The notes beneath the pieces were generated by a model that searched no databases, was not told the DNA's origin, and worked only from the letters and a program-made list of their open reading frames with translations. Source: Adineta vaga (lineage: Eukaryota; Animalia; Rotifera). From it: 64,000 nt of DNA. This document shows positions 37,533-51,793 of the stretch, in pieces. The stretch spans positions 10,726,001 to 10,790,000 of the forward strand of contig CP075492.1 in the NCBI GenBank assembly GCA_021613535.1, written 5' to 3'. A program made the position numbers and the translations under genes. Every line of letters starts with the position of its first letter. Within the stretch, counting starts at the first letter, position 1.

Positions 37533-38248
37533 CTGTGTACGTAGAAAGTACGATGCTACTACGCTTTATACATTTTCAATGATCTATGATCTTTGGATTA
37601 GAATGTATTAAATAGATGTAACGACCGTACATCGCAGCTTCCGAAGCAACTGATCAACTCACTTGTCTTATCGATGGTAAGTGTATATGCTTACCTAATA
37701 CTGTGGATAAGTATCAAGAATTCGACTGGTAATGCAATGTTTTCGATCAAATGTATTTCCCGTTTCTTTCTCTGATTTTTTTGACAGTGACGAAAATATC
37801 GCTTCTATATCAGATATCGTTTGTGTCCTTTTGTTTGCAATATATGAATGGAACCGTCATGAAAACTCGTTCTAGATCAGTTAGATATATCTGAAAGTTA
37901 AATGCTAATCGAAAAGACTGCAAATTCATTGAATCGACCGATTTCCATCCTACACCACTGACATCGGAAACTATTCAATGTTATTGTTGAATTATCTACA
38001 AATGTGAAATCGATATAGGAGTAACCATTACTATTTCCAACAGATGATACTTCAGTGTTATAACAACAAAATGAAAGCGTTTTTAGAAAGAATTGAACAT
38101 ATCGCTTAGTAGCGCTAACTATTGAAAAGCTTATAAAATTTATAAAGAGGTCGTTGCCTCTTTCAAGTGCAAAGCAATGGCAAAATGTAAAAAAAACTGT
38201 AACTATTAACTATACATATATTAAATTGTTGTCTACTGTTTTATCGAC

Positions 38249-39748
38249 ATGTCTGACGAAGAATCTGAACATGAAGATGCTGAAGAAATAGAAAACGAAA
38301 CTAAATCAGGTACTAATATAAGAAGTTGTATTTAATTTGTTTGTTTTTTCTTAACATAGAAAATGAAGGTGAAGAAGAAGAAAAATCTGAACATGGTGAA
38401 GAAGAAGCTCAAGAAGAAGTAGGATCATTCTTGTTGTATTCTTTTCTTTTTCTCAAATATTCAATATCTATTTTAGGCTCGTGAAGAAATTCCCTTAACT
38501 GATGAGATCATTGCTCAATCACTGTCACTATTGGCAAAAACTGGGAATGGTTTAGCACATGCTTATACTCGATTTGAAGCAACAAATCGGTAAGAAAAGA
38601 CTGGCTTTCTTCTTATTAACTTTATGAAGATTAATTCTAGAAATCTAACGGATATTACTCGTCTTGAACCATTTGTTCATTTACGTTTCGTTGATCTATC
38701 AAATAATGGTCTTCGAACAATTACATCGTTAAGTCGTTTGAAATTTCTATTAACATTAAAATTAGATTCAAATGAATTATCAACATTTGATTTACCACCA
38801 TTTCCTTATTTGCAAACACTTCGTCTCAGTGATAATCGTATACGATCTGTCAAAGGAATTGAACAACCAAGATTAGAAATACTGAATCTGAATCGTATGG
38901 ATATTGATTTTTATAGATAATGAAACTTTGGTTTTTTTCGTCTTCTTCTAGAAAATCAAATCGACAGTTGTGAGGGTTTGGAACAAAGTAAATTACCAAA
39001 TATTGTGACATTGGAAATGCGTCAAAATCGTTTAATAACAACTAAAGGACTATCATTACCTAATTTGAAGAGTTTATTTCTTGTATATATAATAATTGTT
39101 CGATTTATCGCAATGATTTACTTTGCGTTTTCATTTTTAGGCTGCAAATGAAATCACTAAATTGGAAGATATACATGAATTAAGTCGATTAACAACACTT
39201 CATTTACGTGATAATAAAGTCGGTACATTAGATGGTTTTAGTGAAAATATGAAACAATTGCAATATGTCAATTTACGTGCGAACGAAGTAACTGATCCTG
39301 AAGAATTGAAAAAATTGGCTATATTACCAATGTTACGAGCATTAGTTCTCCTAGGTACGAATCATTGAATATGAGAAAGATAGACGTCTGTTCTTATGTG
39401 AAATTTCAATTTATAGAAACACCTTTATCGGAAACGGATTCATATCGAACAGAAGTTTTAGTTGCACTCGAAAAACTCGAACGGTAAATTTTCCTGTTCT
39501 TCGATTGTGCTATTTTTATTTGAAATTTATCATTGTTATAGATTGGATAAAGATCAATTTGATGAAGATGAACGAGCAGAAGCAGATGATGAACGAAAAC
39601 GTCGAATCGAAGAAAAACAAGAAGTAGAATATTTCAATAGAAAATTTTCAATCGAACCTTTTATTCTTGTCATCTTTAGGCTGAAGCTGCTGCAGCTGCT
39701 GCCGCTGAAGAGGGTTCAAATCAAGAAGAAACTGTTGAAACACAATGA
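38249..39748 (+). CDS. LRRC23: Leucine-rich repeat-containing protein 23
   Basis: Acidic N-terminus, SLSLLAKTGNGLAHAYTRF, FVHLRFVDLSNN, LHLRDNKV, LRRcap YRTEVLVALEKLERLDKD. Confidence 0.9.
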
Positions 39749-42159
39749 ACTTCCTTTTTCATTTACGCGTGTAGTATGAAAAGAAACTTTTTTTCATATT
39801 TAAATAAATCATTTGTTGAGACAATACTCTTTTCAAATAGTTTTACAGCTAACGATATCAACGAAGAGTAGCACTTTTCTATAACCTTCAAATATCAAAT
39901 TACATTCAAGTAGTAACCTTCGATCCATAGCATTGATGTACACAGGGAAATGAAATTAGACACATGCTTAACTGGACTTTACAAGAACGTAATACCATTG
40001 AGTCGATCAATCATACGATTCGATAAAAGAAAATAGAATCAGACAACATCGAATGAATGTAACTAGGAAGATGATTAGACAGGAGAGAGAAAAAAGACGA
40101 CTAGCGGGCATCAAGAACAAGTAAAGTGATTTTTCAACAAGTCACCATGAAGAATACCATCAATGAGATGAGTTCAAATAAAAGATGTTAGCTATTATCT
40201 TAAGATGAGAGAAAAGATACCGCCAAAAGCGAATGTTAATACAAGGCAAACGAAGAACATTGAATGGTTATTTGCAAGTAGGTGAAAAGATATTCATTCC
40301 AATTTGCTTGTGCATTCATATCTGATACCATTCGATTTCGTAATCTTTAACCTTTACAAAATAAATATGAGTTATGTATGTAATGTGAAGAACAATCAAA
40401 AGAAAAAGGTGTGTATGTATATGTGTATATGTATCGAAAGAAAAACTATTCGATTACCGAAAAGATTCAATAATGATCAAAAGAAAGAGATACAAATAAG
40501 TTTTTATCTTTACTTTCATTCATTCTTATATTTATATAATCAAAAGAAACCAATGTGTTAGAAAGTAAGTATAATATTTGTTTCGTATATAATTAGAAAT
40601 AAACAATATAATGTCTTTAGAATTGAACGATAGTTCAATTAGATGATATAATATATATATATGCTTATGCTTTTAGCACATTGATGAAGCAGAACGATGT
40701 ATTTTGGATGGGTATGTAGAAATCATCGCACTTCTCTTCTGGTTTGTAACGAGAGATATGTCCCTTCTGTAGTTCATTCTCACAAAATAAAAATAAAACA
40801 TTAAACTAGTCGATAATAGATCAATCATTATCAGACATCCAAATGTTCAATCGATCGATCACAGGTCTTTATTGTCATTTATGATGTTATTTCACTCGTA
40901 CATCATTTGTTCATAGAGTCAGACTAGACGAAAGAAGATATTCAATGATAGATTACATACAAGAAAAAAAGAAAGAAAGAAAAAAGAAGTTACTACCACA
41001 ATTTTTCAAGGTTGTTCGATATAACTTATTTATCAGGCAAGAGAAGAGAAGGTATACCTTGCCAAGTAAATGAACTGATGAATTCAATAACCTTATTGAT
41101 TGACACTATATGGATAAGAGAAATAACATACAATTGATGTTATTTCAAGGTCAGTTCAATCGTTCGTATACATACGTACACTTAAAAGCGCGAGAACGAA
41201 GAAAAGTAATGCACCATTAGCTGTACATATACATATATATATATGTACATAGTATGTATGATTGACAGGAGTAGTAGTAAATGAGTAGAAGGGAGAAAAG
41301 TCTCTTCATCAATTTCATTTATTTTTATTTCTTGACAAGATTAGATGGTGATGTTTAGAAAAACACCTCTGATAAGATTATCATGGTTTATTTTTATACG
41401 CCATTTGACCATGAATTGTACTCTCTTTTTTTTAAAGTAGTTACAATTTAATTTAACTGTCAAAAGATGACTTTCATCTTTTCTTTGCTTTTTTTGTGTA
41501 AAATCATTCTTACTAATTTTATGTATAATGAATGCTGTCATCGATGTGTAATTTGAGATGTTCATTTACTGATTAGAAAAAGAATAAAAATTAATGTTTT
41601 TAACATATTCTATAAGATTACAGAGGCATCATCATTCATTGAATTCAAGGTTAGTTGTCTTTTGAGCATTCGTACAGTAGTTTATCATGTCTTTAATCAA
41701 TGAGAATACTGTTCTTTTCAATATGCTAATAAGTATTCATTATTCTTTAGTTTAAAATGATCTTCTTTCTTTTCTGTTAGAATATATAATTAAAAGTTTT
41801 ATACATTGAACAAGTCTGATGTTATAACACTTAACAATGTAAGAAGAGAAGAGCAGAACGTATTGTCACAGATGTTGTTGAAGATAAAAAATAGTCAATT
41901 CTTTTCTTCGTTTTTTTTTCTTCATACTGAATATTGAACAGGGATGAAATCTAAGAAAGTTTATTGCCTCTTGACGAATGTAGCAGCCGTGTAAGCGTTA
42001 CAATTACGTCATACATATGTATATGAACTGAAAAAAAATCTTCTTTCTCTACGAGAAAGTCATGGTTCTATTCAATGGCAACATGTGTTGACCAATGCTG
42101 ACGTTAACTAATACAGAAAATGTTTGAAAGAGATTATGCTGTTTCCAACTTTACTAGGT

Positions 42160-42179
42160 ATATGCATGCGCATGCATAT
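42160..42179. repeat. Perfect 20-bp palindrome followed by an (AT)n tract
   Basis: ATATGCATGCGCATGCATAT equals its reverse complement. Confidence 0.85.
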
Positions 42180-43583
42180 TATATATATATATATATATCT
42201 ATCTAATTTTCCTTCTCGTATTCTCACAATGCATACAACACATGTCTAGAATACAGTACCTTCTAGTAATATATCGTATTGAATAAATATGAACGTGAGG
42301 CTGAGTATAAGTATCTTTAAACATATATATGAAGGTTAACTGAAGCCATATAGTTTTATAAATTTGAATCCATCAATCAGTATGATGATGATGATCAAAA
42401 AAAAAGGCCGTCTTCAATCACATTAGTTTCAATATGTCTAATTTTTCAAGTGGTATCCTGGAGTGCATATTGAATTTCGTTTTCTTTCTTCTTGTTCAGT
42501 TAACTTCTTTTTCTTTTTCAAAGCAACTAGTTAATTTTCGTTTTCGATGTCGTATACCACTTGATCATTTTCTTCAAATAGAAATGAACGTTTGAATATG
42601 TAGATAGAGGAGAGAGAGAGAGAGAGCAAGAGCAATAGAGAGAAGAAATAAGAGAATTATGATTATTCCCTAACGAGAGTAAGAGAGAAAAAGAAGAAGA
42701 AGAAGAAGAAAGGAGAACAAACGAGTGAGTAGTCTTGAATAAACTTACTTTTGTTGAACATGAAATTCGTTCACTTAGAAAAAATTAATGATGTCTCTGA
42801 TAAATACATAATCATTTTTCCTTCTTGTCATCTATCGGTAAGGTGCCTGTTTTTCCACGATATGTACGTATTACAATTTAATGATTACTACACACCTCAT
42901 TGTATTGATGTATACATGATAGCGATTCTCTATTTTCTTTCTTTTTTACAGTCTGATGAAAGATCTTCTATCTACATTCGTCATTTCCGCTTGTCAAACT
43001 GTGTCATTGTTACAAGGCTACAATAAGAATGAAGCATGAGAGAGAGAGAGAAGAAGAAAAGAGACGATTCACATAATCATGTCTCATTTCTCTCATTTTT
43101 TTTTGCGTCGAAACTTGAATAAGAAAGTAGTGTACATTAAGTAAAGAAATTGTATAGATGTGTTAATCACTGCTTGTGTGCATGATTGAATTTCGAGTAT
43201 TTCATACAATTATGGGTAAATGTTCAAAACTAACCCTTCAGGAAGAAAAAGAAAGTAATGTATGTATGTTTATGTTTCTGACTGTATCTTAGAAGATTCA
43301 AAGTGACCGATACAATTCGAGCATATACATATTGAATTAGATATGGTTGTTCACTTCGAGAAAAGAAAAAATCATAACATGATCGATGATCATGTCAGGT
43401 TTTCATCAGATTAGAAACTATTTAACACCTGTTATTCGCAGACGAACGCTTTTATATACGTGCTTCATTAAAATGTATATATGTATATATAGATTATTTC
43501 TATTTAATTAAACTAAAAATGGAATGAACTTCTTTTCTTCTCTCTTTCTTTGAAGATCTTCAATAAATAATTGACTGAAAAAA

Positions 43584-46500
43584 ATGTTCAATAATTTATT
43601 CGTTTTATTTATTCTTATATCATTATCATTCATCCATTGTGATCCAATTGAATTATCTAATGTAATTATACGTGAACATACACCAATTGGTCATCTATTA
43701 GTAATATTAAATAGCACAACTACACAACGAAATGCTTATCGATTTGTTAGTAATAATTATCGAGATATTCAACGATATTTTTCATTAAATTCTTCAACAG
43801 GTGAATTACGTATTGCCATGGATATTGATCGAGAAATCATTTGTGCACATCGACGTATACAATGTCAATTTTTATTGAAAATTTTCGAATTATTTCATGA
43901 GAAACTCTATCATATACCGATTATTATTGAAGATATTAATGATCATCGACCAATATTTCCTTATCAAAATTCTCCACTTGAATTACATATTTCAGAAAAT
44001 TCTCCACCCTATCAATCAAAACTTTTCATTCAACAAGCGTATGATCAAGATCAAATCGATAACCAAAAACAATTGAAATATGAATTGAAAAATTTTGATA
44101 AAAACTTTCCATTTACTCTGGAAATTCATGATGATATTTCAAATCGTTTAACTCTTGTATTAACTCAACCATTGGATAGAGAATTAATTGATTCATATGA
44201 TTGTACATTATATGTTATTGATACAGGTGGACATGAAGAACAATTACAAATAAAGATTATCATCGATGATGTCAATGATCAATCACCAATGTAAGTGAAT
44301 AATTGAATTCAAGATATCTAATCTTTCTGTCGTTTTAGTTTTGAAAGTAACACATATTCAGTTGAATTATCTGAAAAAACATCGATCAATACAACTATTC
44401 TTCGTGTTTTTGCTAATGATGCTGATATTGGTTTAAATGCACGTATTACATATGATTTTACTGATGCGTCCAAACAATTCAGTAATATATTTTTTATTCA
44501 TAATGAAACCGGTCTTCTTCGTCTTCGTTCTCCTCTTGATTACGAACAACGTTCATCGTATATATTTTATATTGAAGCTCGTGATTCTGGAAAAGAAATT
44601 CGTTCATCTCAAACATTAATTAACATAACAGTATTAGATGAAAATGATTGTTATCCTGTCATTAATTTTCGTTTCCTTCCTGATCTATATTACAATTCTT
44701 CAGTCGATGTTTTAGAAATCTCTGAAACATATCCGATTGATAAATTTTTCGTTCAAATTCTCGTCACCGATCAAGATAGTTCGTTCAATGGTTATGTTCG
44801 TTTATGGTTTGAACTACTCGATGATCATCCATCATTGAATAATCATTCATTTGATCTCTATCAAATCGATAATTTTACCTATTTTCTGAATCGTACTCAA
44901 TCATTTGATTTCGAATCTCAACAACAGTATCGTTTGAAATTTTTCGCAGAAGATCTAAATCCTAAACAACCTTTACAAACAACAAAACTTCTAACAATCA
45001 ATATTCGAGATGAAAATGATAATTCTCCTCAATTTCATCATTCATTTTATCATCTATCAATTCATGAAAATAATGAACTCAATGCAATCTTAACAAAAAT
45101 TGAAGCATTTGATTCGGATAATGGAGAAAATGGTCGAATTAAATATGAAATTTTAACGAATGAAACCTTTTTACCATTTGACATCGATAGCAAAACTGGT
45201 TTTCTTCGTTGTCTAGAATCGTTCGATCGTGAAAAACGTTCATCTTATCATTTTGAAATACTTGCACGAGATTTTGGTTTTCCGAAAAGTCTTTCATCGA
45301 AAATTCCCATTGAAATCGAAATTAAAGATTTGAATGATAACAAACCAAGATTTGAACATGAGAATTATGAATTTTTTATTAAAGAAAATCTTGAACCAAT
45401 GATAACATTTGGAACAATTCAAGCAATTGATCATGATTTCAATCCACAATTAACTTTTCGAATGGGAAATGATGAGAAAAAATTTGGTATTCATCAAAAT
45501 GGTGAACTTTATCTTCAAGGACCAATTGATCGAGAAATTCAAGATCAATATCATTTTACTGTAACTGTTGATGATAGTCTATATCGAACATCGGTTTCTA
45601 TACATATTCAAATCTTAGATGTCAATGATTGTCAACCACGTTGGATCAATCCAGCAGAAAATCGAACAGTTTTTATCATTAATAAAGATATTCTATCAAT
45701 TGGTATGAGTATTATGAAATTTCAAGCAATTGATAATGATGAGATATCGAATGGAAATGGTTTAGTTAGTTATACATTAGAAAATCAGTATGAATTTTTT
45801 GATTTAATAAATAATGATGAATTGATTTTAAATTCCACTCCAACACTTGGAAGATATCTATTGAAAGTTTATGCGAATGATCATGGAAAAGATATACAAT
45901 ATTCTACATTAATTGAAATTGATCTATTCATTGGAAGTAATCATACAAATGGTAGTATATTTTATGATAAATTTTATAAAATTAATTCTTTATCAACTCT
46001 CAAACGTGTGATTTTATTAGCAACATTTTTTCTTTCGATTACATTTATTCTTGTGTTTATTATTTCAATTATATTCATTATGATTTGTCGATATAGAAAA
46101 CAGAAATATTTATATTATGTCAAATGTAATGAACAACAAAAAATGACAATGATTGAAAATCGTCTAACAAGATCAAGTTCAAATTCATCGAAATTAAGTT
46201 TGGTAAGAATAAGACACATTCAAATGTTGTTTTCATTTGTTTTTCTTTTGTAGGAAGATCTTCAACAAAAACGTTTTCTTGATCATTCTACTTCACCTTC
46301 ATATATCGGTAATAGACATTGCATGAATTGATTTTACCTTGAGAATAAATGAGTCGAAAGAAAAACAAAAGATTTAAGTTTTAGTAAATGAGTCCTTCTC
46401 ACGCATCGAACGAGATGAAAGAAAAATGTTTTTCTCTTCTTTCGATATTGAACAGATGAAATTAAATTTCATTCTTTAGGTACAAATATCTATACTCAAC

Positions 46501-47006
46501 ATCATCAAATCTCATCAATCATTCAACCTACAAGTGATTATTATAGTAATAGTAGCAAACATGATGAAGGTTATATTAATTTTGTTTGATCATTTCTTTT
46601 TTCCCTTCTAAATTCTATGTCATTATTAGATGTCGATGAATGGATTGATGAACAACATCGTTCGACATTGACAAATCCTAGTAATCAATGGTCAATTGAA
46701 AAAATTCTCTATCCTGATTGGTTATATAAAGATATTCCAGTATCATCAACAAAACCATTCAATACATCGACATTTACAGAATTGAATTCCTGTCAAACAT
46801 TTATCACAAATGAGAGTACAATGAGTAGTTCAAGTAGTGGACGACGAACAATGTCATCGAATAGTCAACCATCACCGAAACAAGTTCGATTTGGTTATCA
46901 AGATCATGTGCATTCACAGCCACATTTAAATACAACTATTCGACAATTTAAATCAGGAACAATGACGACGATTTCAAATGATGGAACACCACATACATTT
47001 ATTTAA
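43584..47006 (+). CDS. Non-clustered (delta-like) protocadherin, 7 EC repeats, TM, cytoplasmic tail
   Basis: Signal peptide; repeated DRE/DYE and DxNDxxP motifs; EC1 DREIICAHRRIQC; TM VILLATFFLSITFILVFIISIIFIMIC; no catenin-binding domain. Confidence 0.88.
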
Positions 47007-47683
47007 TTTCTATGTTTTGTTTTGTTTTTTCTTTTGGTACAGTTTTCACGTTTTCGTTTTTTATTTCGGTGTCCTTTGTTTGTTGGTATAATATTATGAA
47101 AAGGAAGAAAATAAAACTGAATTTTGTATGATTAAATGAATAATACTTTCATTTTCTTTGATTACTGAAGTATAACGATGAAAATAAGTTATGACGTAGT
47201 TACTTACTCGTTCAATTGATGTTATCATAAGAATAAGAAAAATCCCCGGATGTCTTTCTTTTGAAACTAGATTAAATTCAAGGTATCGAATATCAATTTT
47301 CATCTCTTGGGGCTTATCAAATGACTACTTTTTATCTTATCGGTTTTTGGTACTCATGGTCTTTCGACTTTTCTCTTGTGTGATCGATATCGTGAAACGT
47401 ACTTTTATGTAAAAAAAACACACGCACACATTGTACACACAGTTGGTGCATCTATATAGAAAGAAAAAAAAACGAAGCAAGATAATAACAATCGTGCGTT
47501 TTGCCTCATCCTTTCTTTTCGTTTTTCTAGACAAGAGAGTGCTTGTAATGCATACAATAACGAGACGCACCCATGTTGCTGACGCGTGTTTTATGATGAA
47601 ATCTAACCTTGATAGGATATAACAGTATAACTATCAAGAGAAAAATGTACTTAGTAAACGCATTCTTAAATCTACGACTAGTA

Positions 47684-49209
47684 ATGAGTAGTAACGGCCA
47701 TACAAACGGATGTACAGCACGAAAAATTAATTTCGGTGCAGGACCAGCTCAATTGCCATTAGATGTATAATTAAAGATTTGATTGTTCGAAAAGATCGAC
47801 AAATTGTTTTACTTTAGGTTTTAGAAACAATTCAATCGGAATTCTTAGATTATAATGGATCGGGATCGAATGTTATGGGTATACAAGACAAAATTTCCTT
47901 TGTTTCTTAGTTATAATTACAAATATCATTTTTGTTTTTGAATAGAACTTAGTCATCGATCAACTGCATTTGCTAAAATTATCGAAGAAGCTGAACGTGA
48001 TATTCGCGAGCTATTGTAATGAAATTTGATTCCCTTTTCCAAAAAGATTCATCATCAATTTTAGAACGATACCAGATTCATATGCTGTTCTCTTTTTACA
48101 AGGTGGTGCCACAGCTCAATTTAGTGCTGTTGCATTGAATTTTCTTAATTTGAAACCATCACAAACAGCTGACTATCTTGTCACCGGTTATTGGTCCGAA
48201 AAAGCTGTGAAAGAAGCAGAAAAATTCGGTAAAGTCAATTGGGTTGTGCCGAAAACGAGCAAATATCAAGGTTTGATTACCAAAAGAAAAGTAAAGATCT
48301 CTATATAGTTTGAATAAATAGGTGTACCTGCACAAGAAACTTGGAAATTAACAGAAGAACCATCTTATTTCTATTATTGTGCAAATGAAACAATTCATGG
48401 AATCGAATTAGATGATATTCCTGAAGTTGTACCAAAAGACGTTCCTATTATTTGCGATATGTCATCGAACTTCTTGACACGACCTTTCGATGTTACAAAA
48501 GTACGACAACGATAAGAATTATATTTAGTATTTTCATTTGTTTGTTTGCTCTCTTTTTTTTGTAGTATGCCGTTATCTTTGCAAGTGCTCAGAAGAATTT
48601 TGGTGCAAGTGGCCTTGTTCTTGTCATTCTGAGAAAAGATTTAGTTGGAAAGAATATAAATAAATCTATACCAGTCATTTTAGATTACAAAGTACAAATT
48701 GATAATGGATCAATGTATAATACACCACCAACATTCTCGTAAGTAGTTCATTTCTATTGTTATTATTGTTATTCTATCGATACTCCTATGAATGTGTCAA
48801 ACAGTTGTAAAATGGAAATTGTCTTTATCTATTTAGAATTTATGTTGCAAATAAAATGTTTGACTGGACAAAACAACAAGGTGGTTTAAACGCATTGAAT
48901 GAACGAATGGATAAAAAATCTTCTCTTATCTATGAAACAATTGATCAATCGAATGGTTTCTATGTGAATGCTATCGATAATAAATATCGTAGTCGTGTGA
49001 ATATTCCATTACGTATTGTAAGCAATGGTACATTCAATGAAAAACTTGAATCTTTATTTCTTGCTGAAGCAATTAAATCGAAAATGTTAGAATTAAAAGG
49101 TCATCGGGCTGTTGGTGGTATTCGTGTAAGTCTTTACAATGGTATTACGGTCGAAGAAACAAAAAAATTAGCTAATTTTATGCGTACATTTCAAACAAAT
49201 AATAGTTAA
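47684..49209 (+). CDS. PSAT1: Phosphoserine aminotransferase
   Basis: [69 protein letters not shown]. Confidence 0.96.
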
Positions 49210-49268
49210 ATCGAATAGATTTTATTTTTTTGCTGATGACTCTTTATGATACATAAAAGAAACTGTAG

Positions 49269-51203
49269 TTATGAACGTGAACGCGTTTTCATTGTTAAGT
49301 AACGTTGTAATTCCTAGAAAAGAAAAGAATTTTAGTTGTTTGTTTTTATTTGTATTTCAAATGAAAATAATTCACTTACAGCTATTTTTTGTTCACGCAT
49401 TGCATCAATTGATGCATCAGCATACTGAGGATCACGACCATAATCTTGCAACAAGGATGGATCACGTTTTTCCACCTTAATTAAGAAATTTAATCAAAAC
49501 TAGTACGATACAATTACACTTACTTCTTGAGGAAATCGTGTGCAATAAGCAGCCCTCCAAACAGCTAACGGTGTACTGAAAAGAGAAATAATACAAATTG
49601 AAGGGACTATATTTCCTTATATATAATTTACTTTTCTTGCATATCTGGAAGATCAGTCTGACGAATAGGTGGTGCACCAATTTGTTCAAATGTTTCACTA
49701 CCAGATTTGACATATAATGGTCTCGAAGCATCTATCTGTGGTTGTTTTCTAAAATCAGAAGGATTAATAGAAAAAATAAAATCCCGATGTTTCTTACTCA
49801 GGTAATTTCGTATCGAACAATAAATGATTAAGTACTGATTTCAAATAGACCGTTTCTTTTTCACTGTAAGACTAGAAAAGAAAAGAAAGAGATTTTGGAC
49901 GGTCATCTATGGCATTGAGTTTATACCATCAATGTGGCGCCATGATAAAATGCTAGAAAACGCAGTGTTTTATATATAGTTTTTCTAGCATCCGGTTCTA
50001 AACTCTACGCGAAAAAGAGAAAAAAAGAGTTCATTTCCTGAAGATTTAAGAAATAATTGGATTACTTCAAATTTATCATATTTTGATGCGATAATTAACA
50101 ATGGAATACGAAGAGGTTCAACAAGATTTTTATCCTAAATGATATATGGGTAAATGGTGACTTATACAATATTATTTCTTCTACGGACCGCATCGCCAAT
50201 TCGTTTGAGAATAGATTCTTTGAGTTTTTCTTTTAGATTAGGATTTTGTTTTGATGCTTCACTAATACAATATTTAACTCGTTTAGCTATTGCTTCATAT
50301 AATGTTTCATAGGTATGCCATAATTCTTCTGGTCGTGAAAGGTCAAGTACAAGTGCTACAGAGGCATTTCTAAAGATTTGAAAAAGAATTGAAGAACATC
50401 TCGATATGAAAATCAAAATTTACCCAATTGTTTCTGGTGTAAGAGCTACATCAATTAATTTCGTGAGAAAAGTTCCATCACCCAATTCCCATAGATGACC
50501 AACATCTTTTCCAACCTATGACAGATGAATGTAAGAAAAAAATAAAAGTTGAAATTATATCTTACTGTATCGACAGTTTTCGGTTTTCTAGCATAATTAT
50601 AATCAAGTGCAATAGTTGGTTTAACTGATTCACTTGTTCTAGAAGAAGAAAAAGAAGAAGATGATGTCGTTTTACTTTTGTTCTAGTTCTCAGATTCATC
50701 AACAAAAGGAACAAACCTTTCTAAATAACGTAGAATCATCGTTGATTTACCCTAAACAATAATATTTTCATCAACCATTCATCATATTCATTTCATCTTA
50801 CTCCACCATGACTGCCTACAAGAAGAACAGTATTTGATTCCGTTGGTAATGTTTCCGCTATTAAAATTGAAAATTACAATTACAAAAATTATATTATTAA
50901 ACGAATATACACCTTGTTCTCGACTTGCAACAATATCTCTTGCTGCATCCCATAATGATTTACCTCCACTACCACCTCTATAACAATAAATAGATTATAA
51001 ATACCATACCGTAGCATCTTTGAGTTACCCTAAATCTGTTTCTTGTTTTTTTCGTCCACCGTAGAAATCTTCATCATGTCTAAACACATATTTCAAAAGT
51101 TGACATTATTCGATTCTTTCAAAATATCAAACTTTTTATTCGTTTGTACATCATCATCATCATCATCATTGTCTCGATCATCATGTTGAACACGTCGTGG
51201 CAT
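49269..51203 (-). CDS. DYNC2LI1: Cytoplasmic dynein-2 light intermediate chain 1
   Basis: SLWDAA, VLLVGSHGG|GKSTMILRYLER, KPTIALDYNYAR, HLWELGDGT, LVLDLSRPEELW; last exon ELQRYLTMKTRSRS*. Confidence 0.9.
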
Positions 51204-51337
51204 ATTTATGAATAGATAATACTTCCGTTCAGAACTGATACCATGTAAATGCCTATATCTAAAGTAACAACCCTCATTTCATTTCTTTAAACACGACATC
51301 TATGTGTTGTGTGAAACAATTGATAGAGAGAATTATC

Positions 51338-51351
51338 GTTGCTCAGGTAAC
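51338..51351. promoter_or_regulatory. RFX X-box in the DYNC2LI1/MOK divergent promoter
   Basis: GTTGCTCAGGTAAC, a 14-bp imperfect palindrome fitting the X-box consensus, 135 bp upstream of the DYNC2LI1 ATG. Confidence 0.7.
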
Positions 51352-51793
51352 AATACTTCTGATGATTGAAGAAGAAAAAGAATAAGCGTGAATCTGTGTA
51401 TTCAATTCTGATCTATGCTTCTTAGGTCGATAAATATGAATAAAGTCATTTGATCCTTCAAGAGTTTTCGGAATTTGAAAATATTCACGAACATTGAACA
51501 TTTGACTTGTATACAGATTTTTTTATTAACAATATGAAGAAAAGAAAATACATTAATCAATGTTTTCTTTTCTTTGATTTGAATAACGAAGTTTGTCTCG
51601 CTCTCTTTTTTTTCTCGATCAGTTTCGATTAAAAAAGACAACCAACGGCATTTATATCGCTTCACATCTTAACCATGAAAAATGACAGATGAAAAGAATT
51701 ATTTGTTGTTTTGCTTTTAGATGATAAAAAGAACTTTTTCAGTTCGATCTTTAACTTTCATTAACTACCGGTGATTAGAAATAGTTTATTCCA

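Noticed and set aside
39800-43580. Short ORFs and possible miRNA or transposon in the long intergenic region
   Set aside because: Only microsatellites and AT-rich sequence; no recognisable domain, conserved miRNA or terminal repeat
32436-49209. SRR and PSAT1 as a serine-metabolism cluster
   Set aside because: About 14 kb apart with four unrelated genes between them; chance proximity is sufficient
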